From: Octopus bimaculoides
Taxonomy: Eukaryota
Assembly (NCBI RefSeq): GCF_001194135.2
Contig: NC_068982.1
Location: 56,289,452 to 56,330,139, forward strand
Length of the DNA stretch: 40,688 bases
Direction: 5' to 3'
The position numbers and the translations under genes are program-made. This document shows, piece by piece, positions 33,973 through 40,688 of the stretch (positions are counted from its first letter, which is position 1; every line of letters starts with the position of its first letter). A model generated the notes under the pieces. It was not told the origin of the DNA. It ran no database searches and saw only the letters and a list, made by a program, of their open reading frames with translations.

Positions 33973-35860
33973 ATAGTAGTAACAGTACTATTTAGTAGTC
34001 TTATTTTTATCACGTGCTTTCACTGTACTATCGAGCGCAGCTCCATGTGCCTTGGGTATGTGCTGTGGTTTGGTTTAGTATTGTTATTTTTTACTGTATT
34101 GAAAGTGCTTTGCATAGGATGTGTACAGTGCCTAGTAGTCCTATTTGCTGTATGTAATATATATTCGTTGGTCCTGGTGTTTCGATTATGTATTTGTATG
34201 TTTATTTTTTAACCATGCCTAATGCATCTGTTATTTTAAGGATTTTCTCTGTATTGAAGCCCCACATTCGGGTTATTTCTATTTCTAGATTTTTGTATAA
34301 CAAGAGTTTCTCCGTTTCTTTTAGGGATACATAGTCAACTGTTGGGACTGATATGTTGATTAGAAAGCATTTTTCTTGGTGGTCCCTGATAACAATATCT
34401 GGTCAATTTGTCTTAACCTCTCTATCTGCGTGTCTTGACATATCCCAGAGTATGGTTGCTTTGTCATTTTCTTTTAACTTTTCTGGGGTATACATATACC
34501 ATCTTTTTTTTTTGTCATTTCGTAGTGCTGACACAGGTCTCAGTGTGTATAAGTCCCAACACTGACATGTTTGTGGATGTATTCCTTCTTGGCCAGAACT
34601 GGACAACTAGAGACAAAATGATTTATTGTTTCTTTTCCTTTTAGCTTATCTCACTATTTGTCACGTAAGGGCTTTTCTGCCATCATTTTATTATGGAATT
34701 TGCTTTAGCTTAGATCTTAGATGCCTTACAACTTTTGATGAATCTTCTTTTTCTTCATAGCTGTCAGCTGTTATGACATCTTTCCTGTATCGTTCGGCTT
34801 CTTTGAAAACGGAAAGCATTTTTTTTGTTTTTGTTTTGCCCACGCCTTGTGGTAATTTGTATCACTTTCCTTGGTTCCAGCTTCGATATTTCTGTAGTCC
34901 TATGGTGGATATTTTCTAGTTGTTTTCTAGTTGTATATGGCCTCTATCACCTTCAATTCATTGTTTGTACAAACTTTCAGTGTCAGATTTTGGGTGATGT
35001 ACTCTTAATTCTGTTATCAGTTTTCTTTTTTCTTCTGTCTATATTGATTAGTTCATTTAGTGTCCAGTTAAGAATATTGTAACTGTAAATTATAACTGGG
35101 TCAGCTAGAGTATTGATGCCTATTATCTTGGTTTTCGCATTGAGCTCTGTTTTAAGTATTAAACTAATTCATCTAAAATATTTCTTCCTTATCTTTTCTT
35201 TCATTTGTGTGTGTTGTACTGTATCTAGTTCAATGATTCCTAAGTATTTGTATGTCTGGATTTGGTCTAATTCTCTTATTTCATTTTCTTTAGAAAATTA
35301 CTATTTCTAAATCTCACAACGTGATATATCCAGCAACAGTACTTTGTAGTAAAGATTGCTTGCCAACATTTTTCATTTTTTTTTTTATCTAGTGTGATAT
35401 TGTTACTCCCAGTTTTCCTCTTTTCAAGGCTGCTTATGCATATTCTTCTGGACCAAATTTCATATTTATTTCTTTGGTAAATCCATGCACTGTCTGTAGC
35501 AATGTTTCTACTTCGTTATCATTTGCAGCACAAGGCTTGAGATCATCCATATACAAGAGATGGTTGATGGTTTGACTAAAACAGTTGTATCCACACCCAG
35601 TTCGGCTTAGCATGTCGGTTAAAGGCGTCAGTACCAGATAGAAAAGGAGTGGAGAGAGTGAGTCTCCTTGAAATATTCCTCTTCTAGAGGGGATAGCTTT
35701 CTTTATTGATGACAGGTTTCTATACATTTTATTATTGTTGGTGTTATTTTGCTCATGGGTAGTGTTTCCAGGATCGATGTGTAGAGAATACTCTCAAAGC
35801 CTTCCGGTACTCAATCTTAGTCATGCTTAGACCCTTCCTTTTCTTTTGGCGTTGACCCTC
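33936..35860 (-). mobile_element. R4/Dong-like non-LTR retrotransposon (RT + RLE), 5'-truncated, family 2
   Basis: RT motifs LSM..IEYRKA, RRGIFQGDSLSPLLF and HLLYMDDL; C-terminal ETINHFVSSCPVLAKKEYIHKH, WY.YTPEK..EN.KATILWD, *PDIVIRDHQEKCFLIN.SVP and GLLGTVHIL.KAL; ends in (TAC)n. Many stops and frameshifts. Confidence 0.9.
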
Positions 35861-36637
35861 CTCCTCCTCCTCCTCCTCCTCCTCNNNNNNNNNNNNNNNN
35901 NNNNNNNNNNNNNNNNNNNNNNNNNNNNNNNNNNNNNNNNNNNNNNNNNNNNNNNNNNNNNNNNNNNNNNNNNNNNNNNNNNNNNNNNNNNNNNNNNNNN
36001 NNNNNNNNNNNNNNNNNNNNNNNNNNNNNNNNNNNNNNNNNNNNNNNNNNNNNNNNNNNNNNNNNNNNNNNNNNNNNNNNNNNNNNNNNNNNNNNNNNNN
36101 NNNNNNNNNNNNNNNNNNNNNNNNNNNNNNNNNNNNNNNNNNNNNNNNNNNNNNNNNNNNNNNNNNNNNNNNNNNNNNNNNNNNNNNNNNNNNNNNNNNN
36201 NNNNNNNNNNNNNNNNNNNNNNNNNNNNNNNNNNNNNNNNNNNNNNNNNNNNNNNNNNNNNNNNNNNNNNNNNNNNNNNNNNNNNNNNNNNNNNNNNNNN
36301 NNNNNNNNNNNNNNNNNNNNNNNNNNNNNNNNNNNNNNNNNNNNNNNNNNNNNNNNNNNNNNNNNNNNNNNNNNNNNNNNNNNNNNNNNNNNNNNNNNNN
36401 NNNNNNNNNNNNNNNNNNNNNNNNNNNNNNNNNNNNNNNNNNNNNNNNNNNNNNNNNNNNNNNNNNNNNNNNNNNNNNNNNNNNNNNNNNNNNNNNNNNN
36501 NNNNNNNNNNNNNNNNNNNNNNNNNNNNNNNNNNNNNNNNNNNNNNNNNNNNNNNNNNNNNNNNNNNNNNNNNNNNNNNNNNNNNNNNNNNNNNNNNNNN
36601 NNNNNNNNNNNNNNNNNNNNNNNNNNNNNNNNNNNTT

Positions 36638-36748
<111 letters not shown>

Positions 36749-37265
36749 TCTTTCTGCTACTACTAATCTTTATTATAACTTTTTTCCTGTTATCATTGTT
36801 ATTTTTATTACTTCCTTTCCAAGTTATTTTTGTTTTACATTTTCATGCTTCCTAGAGTGTTGTTTATTTATTTTCTGTTTCTGAACTCTCTTACTATTTT
36901 TGTTTTGTTTTGTTTTTACGCACCATGCGTCCCATCTTCCCAGCATGACATGACCCTCACCATCGGTCTACAGCCTCAAGTTCCCTTCTAACTTTTCCCG
37001 TCTCATCGAAACGTACCTCGGTAACCTTAGAAAGTTCTAGAAGAACATTTGGCACCTTTATTTAACTACATGACACATAGTAAGTAGGAAACATCAGCGT
37101 CGCTTCACAGCTGCATTCGTTGGTAATAACTAAAGGAAATGCTCTTCTCTTTCTCTTTTGTAGCACAAATAACTTGTACCCCGTACTTTGAGCTACAGAC
37201 ACAGACAGACAGACACACACAGACACACACACAGACACGCACAGACACACACACGCACGAACACA

Positions 37266-37301
<36 letters not shown>

Positions 37302-38484
37302 AAATAGGTGCACAAGAAGACGTAAAGTTTCAAGCTAAGCACAGATTACAGTGTTATTTGTGAAATCTTTTATATATTTACAATCGCGATTGTATTTTTG
37401 TAATTAGGTTGATGTATCATTTATGTCATGTGAACATCATTACACATTGATGCACTCAGAACATAAACACACATGTATACACATACNNNNNNNNNNNNNN
37501 NNNNNNNNNNNNNNNNNNNNNNNNNNNNNNNNNNNNNNNNNNNNNNNNNNNNNNNNNNNNNNNNNNNNNNNNNNNNNNNNNNNNNNNNNNNNNNNNNNNN
37601 NNNNNNNNNNNNNNNNNNNNNNNNNNNNNNNNNNNNNNNNNNNNNNNNNNNNNNNNNNNNNNNNNNNNNNNNNNNNNNNNNNNNNNNNNNNNNNNNNNNN
37701 NNNNNNNNNNNNNNNNNNNNNNNNNNNNNNNNNNNNNNNNNNNNNNNNNNNNNNNNNNNNNNNNNNNNNNNNNNNNNNNNNNNNNNNNNNNNNNNNNNNN
37801 NNNNNNNNNNNNNNNNNNNNNNNNNNNNNNNNNNNNNNNNNNNNNNNNNNNNNNNNNNNNNNNNNNNNNNNNNNNNNNNNNNNNNNNNNNNNNNNNNNNN
37901 NNNNNNNNNNNNNNNNNNNNNNNNNNNNNNNNNNNNNNNNNNNNNNNNNNNNNNNNNNNNNNNNNNNNNNNNNNNNNNNNNNNNNNNNNNNNNNNNNNNN
38001 NNNNNNNNNNNNNNNNNNNNNNNNNNNNNNNNNNNNNNNNNNNNNNNNNNNNNNNNNNNNNNNNNNNNNNNNNNNNNNNNNNNNNNNNNNNNNNNNNNNN
38101 NNNNNNNNNNNNNNNNNNNNNNNNNNNNNNNNNNNNNNNNNNNNNNNNNNNNNNNNNNNNNNNNNNNNNNNNNNNNNNNNNNNNNNNNNNNNNNNNNNNN
38201 NNNNNNNNNNNNNNNNNNNNNNNNNNNNNNNNNNNNNNNNNNNNNNNNNNNNNNNNNNNNNNNNNNNNNNNNNNNNNNNNNNNNNNNNNNNNNNNNNNNN
38301 NNNNNNNNNNNNNNNNNNNNNNNNNNNNNNNNNNNNNNNNNNNNNNNNNNNNNNNNNNNNNNNNNNNNNNNNNNNNNNNNNNNNNNNNNNNNNNNNNNNN
38401 NNNNNNNNNNNNNNNNNNNNNNNNNNNNNNNNNATATATGCTTGTATGTATGTATGTATGTATGTATGTATGTATGTATGTATG

Positions 38485-38523
<39 letters not shown>

Positions 38524-38689
38524 TTAATACAAAAATAGACTAAGTTAAATAGCACAGATTAAGAAGTAGTATGAATTTGAACAACAAAGTAAAATAAAGG
38601 TATGTTAAATATCATACAAACTGAATTCATGTTTTATAGAACTTATTTTAACATTGAGAGTAGGTGCACAGATGCCTAATGGCAATTGC

Positions 38690-39340
38690 GATCGACTCTG
38701 ATTGAGAATGGTGAATAATCTCAAGAACGATGAATTCCCCCAGATGTGGAACGCCATTAAAGAAAAGACAGTATGTTTCTTCTCTAAACAAAAAGCTGCA
38801 GACTTGCAAAGATATAATTTCATCCACAGTATTGAATGAAAATTTTAATGTGCGCTAGCAAGATGACCGTATTCTTAATATATACACCGTTTGGATGAAA
38901 ATTTTTGACCCAATATCTACATTTGCCGTTAGTATAGGATCGTATAACAATGCAGATATATGTCATCTTATCGGCCTGTCTTATAGATACTGGACATATT
39001 AGATTCATCAGCTCCAACATTGTATTTTCAGTGATGATGAACTAGCTGTTACATCAACTGCAACTGGGCATGCCTTAGATATATATAGCGAAGACTTTTA
39101 ACTGTTCAGTGATTGTAATTGCCAGCTTATATTTGCAAATTTTTAACTGCCTAAGCCTAAAAATAATTATTGCTACCAACCTATATTTGTAAATTCTTTT
39201 AAATTTCGACTTAAGATATGAACATATAGAACCCATATCAAAAGCCTTTTATTAAAAGATGACTTGTATTTATGTTAAATCTCATCACTAGCCTTAGTTT
39301 TTAAAAATCAGAAACATTAGCAGAAGAGTATCTAGCCTCG
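38690..39340 (+). mobile_element. Penelope-like element reverse transcriptase fragment, highly decayed
   Basis: FAVSIGSYNNADICHLIGL (cf. PLE F..TMGSYDGAEICELVGL), FSDDELAV (cf. YRDDGLA), and downstream YV..H../NISRRVSSL-like remnants, broken by many stops. Confidence 0.6.
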
Positions 39341-39350
39341 GAAAGATGAC

Positions 39351-39407
39351 CTCAGACGAAATGCTGTTTCGTCGGGCATGCTAACGATTCTACCAGCTCG
39401 CCGCCTT
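39351..39407 (-). mobile_element. SINE-B head fragment
   Basis: CAGACGAAAT..GGGCATGCTAACGATTCTACCAGCTCGCCGCCTTA. Confidence 0.75.
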
Positions 39408-40592
39408 ATAGTAGTCTGGTAATTACAATGATGGCAATTTCCTTGTGCCCGAAAATCATGAGGAAGAGCAACATGCCCTCATGCGACAATGTAAACTGAT
39501 TCTTGGCGCTGCGGGGTTGTTCTTCCAACCTACATTCAGTAGTTTTAAAGTGAGCGTCAGTCCACCTAATCCGATCCCACTCTTTAGACTTGGAGGTTTG
39601 ACTATAATGGCTCAGTGGGTTAAGATAGCTGCGGTGACCAGCAAGCTGTATGTCGTACATATATCATACATTAGAGAGGCCTTCTCTTTAGTGAATTGCT
39701 TTGCTGGGATGGAGAGTTCCTCCTACTCAGGAATTGCTACAAGTATGTCAAATAGCGCACCAGGCCATCTGAAATACTCTACGTTTTGATTTGCTGTCAA
39801 AGTTGACTCCCCAGCCTTTTCCTTTTCTAAGGCACTCGCAAAGCAGTGGGGATTTGTGCTTGGAATTTCTCCCAAAATATATTAGCTAACACACATATGG
39901 GATCCAGACAGGTGCTACTATTCTGCGTAAGATTAGACCTGGCTAAGATATGGTTCTACACTCCTTCAAATCATGGTACTCTCGAACCAGGGCCCCACTA
40001 CCGGATGCAATTTAAAGTCATACTAAGGCGAACTGTAGTATATAGCGTATTAAAATACAAAATTAAACATATCCGAAGAACCCTGCCTTCCTCAACTAAA
40101 AACTAAAAGAGACTATCCAATATCTTTTGGCTCACACCATCGTATTCCTTACACGTAAACGCAACAAAAAAAATTGCTAGTACACATAGATAAACTTCCC
40201 AGCTCAATGCCGTTAGAGTAAATTTTTCAACAGGAGGTATTTGAAACCGAGTTATTGATGCATTCCAGTGCGAAGAGCAACATAATCGCACAAATGAACA
40301 GATCTAACAAAAACAGGAAGCAAACACAGAGGTATGAAAGCATAGTCACTTCAGCAGTCTTGCAGCACCAAAGATACCAAAATCTGTTGTCTCGTACAAA
40401 TATTTATTTAAACACCTGCAAATATAAAATATGTTGTTATAGTCTGTTTAGGCATTTAACTGTACACATATTTTTAATAGCTCAATCTCAATATAACGAG
40501 CAATATCGTGACGTTAAAATTTGTGTTAATAAAATACAATTTCGTACATACATATATATATACATACATATATAAATGTATGCATTCATACA

Positions 40593-40640
<48 letters not shown>

Positions 40641-40688
40641 AACACATACACACACACACACACATACACACACACACATACACACTTG

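Overview
AT-rich, repeat-saturated animal genomic DNA. About 8.2 kb (~20%) is N, in 13 assembly gaps that mostly open inside microsatellites. The tRNA-headed SINE families look like octopus (coleoid cephalopod) SINEs; that is inference from recalled repeat sequences, not a database hit. No complete protein-coding gene, tRNA, rRNA or CRISPR array can be supported, and nearly all long ORFs in the track are microsatellite or N artefacts. Clear content: more than 30 copies or fragments of three SINE groups (labelled A, B and C here), a near-full-length dead DD37D (maT-type) Tc1/mariner plus a second end fragment, a mariner fragment, two different R4/Dong-like (RLE) LINE 3' fragments, a Penelope-like RT fragment and a piggyBac-like MITE. 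The most interesting structure is at the RNA and architecture level: a ~630-bp fold-back palindrome (24881-25510), two oppositely oriented SINE-B arrays flanking a mariner remnant with a Dong-like LINE in one SINE tail, head/tail-swapped SINEs, a 32-bp-stem hairpin (20134-20205) and a decayed minimal hammerhead motif (28911-28952). A few orphan exon candidates remain unassigned. I did not find a system I can confidently call new; the findings are testable leads. Repeat boundaries are approximate (about +/-10 nt).
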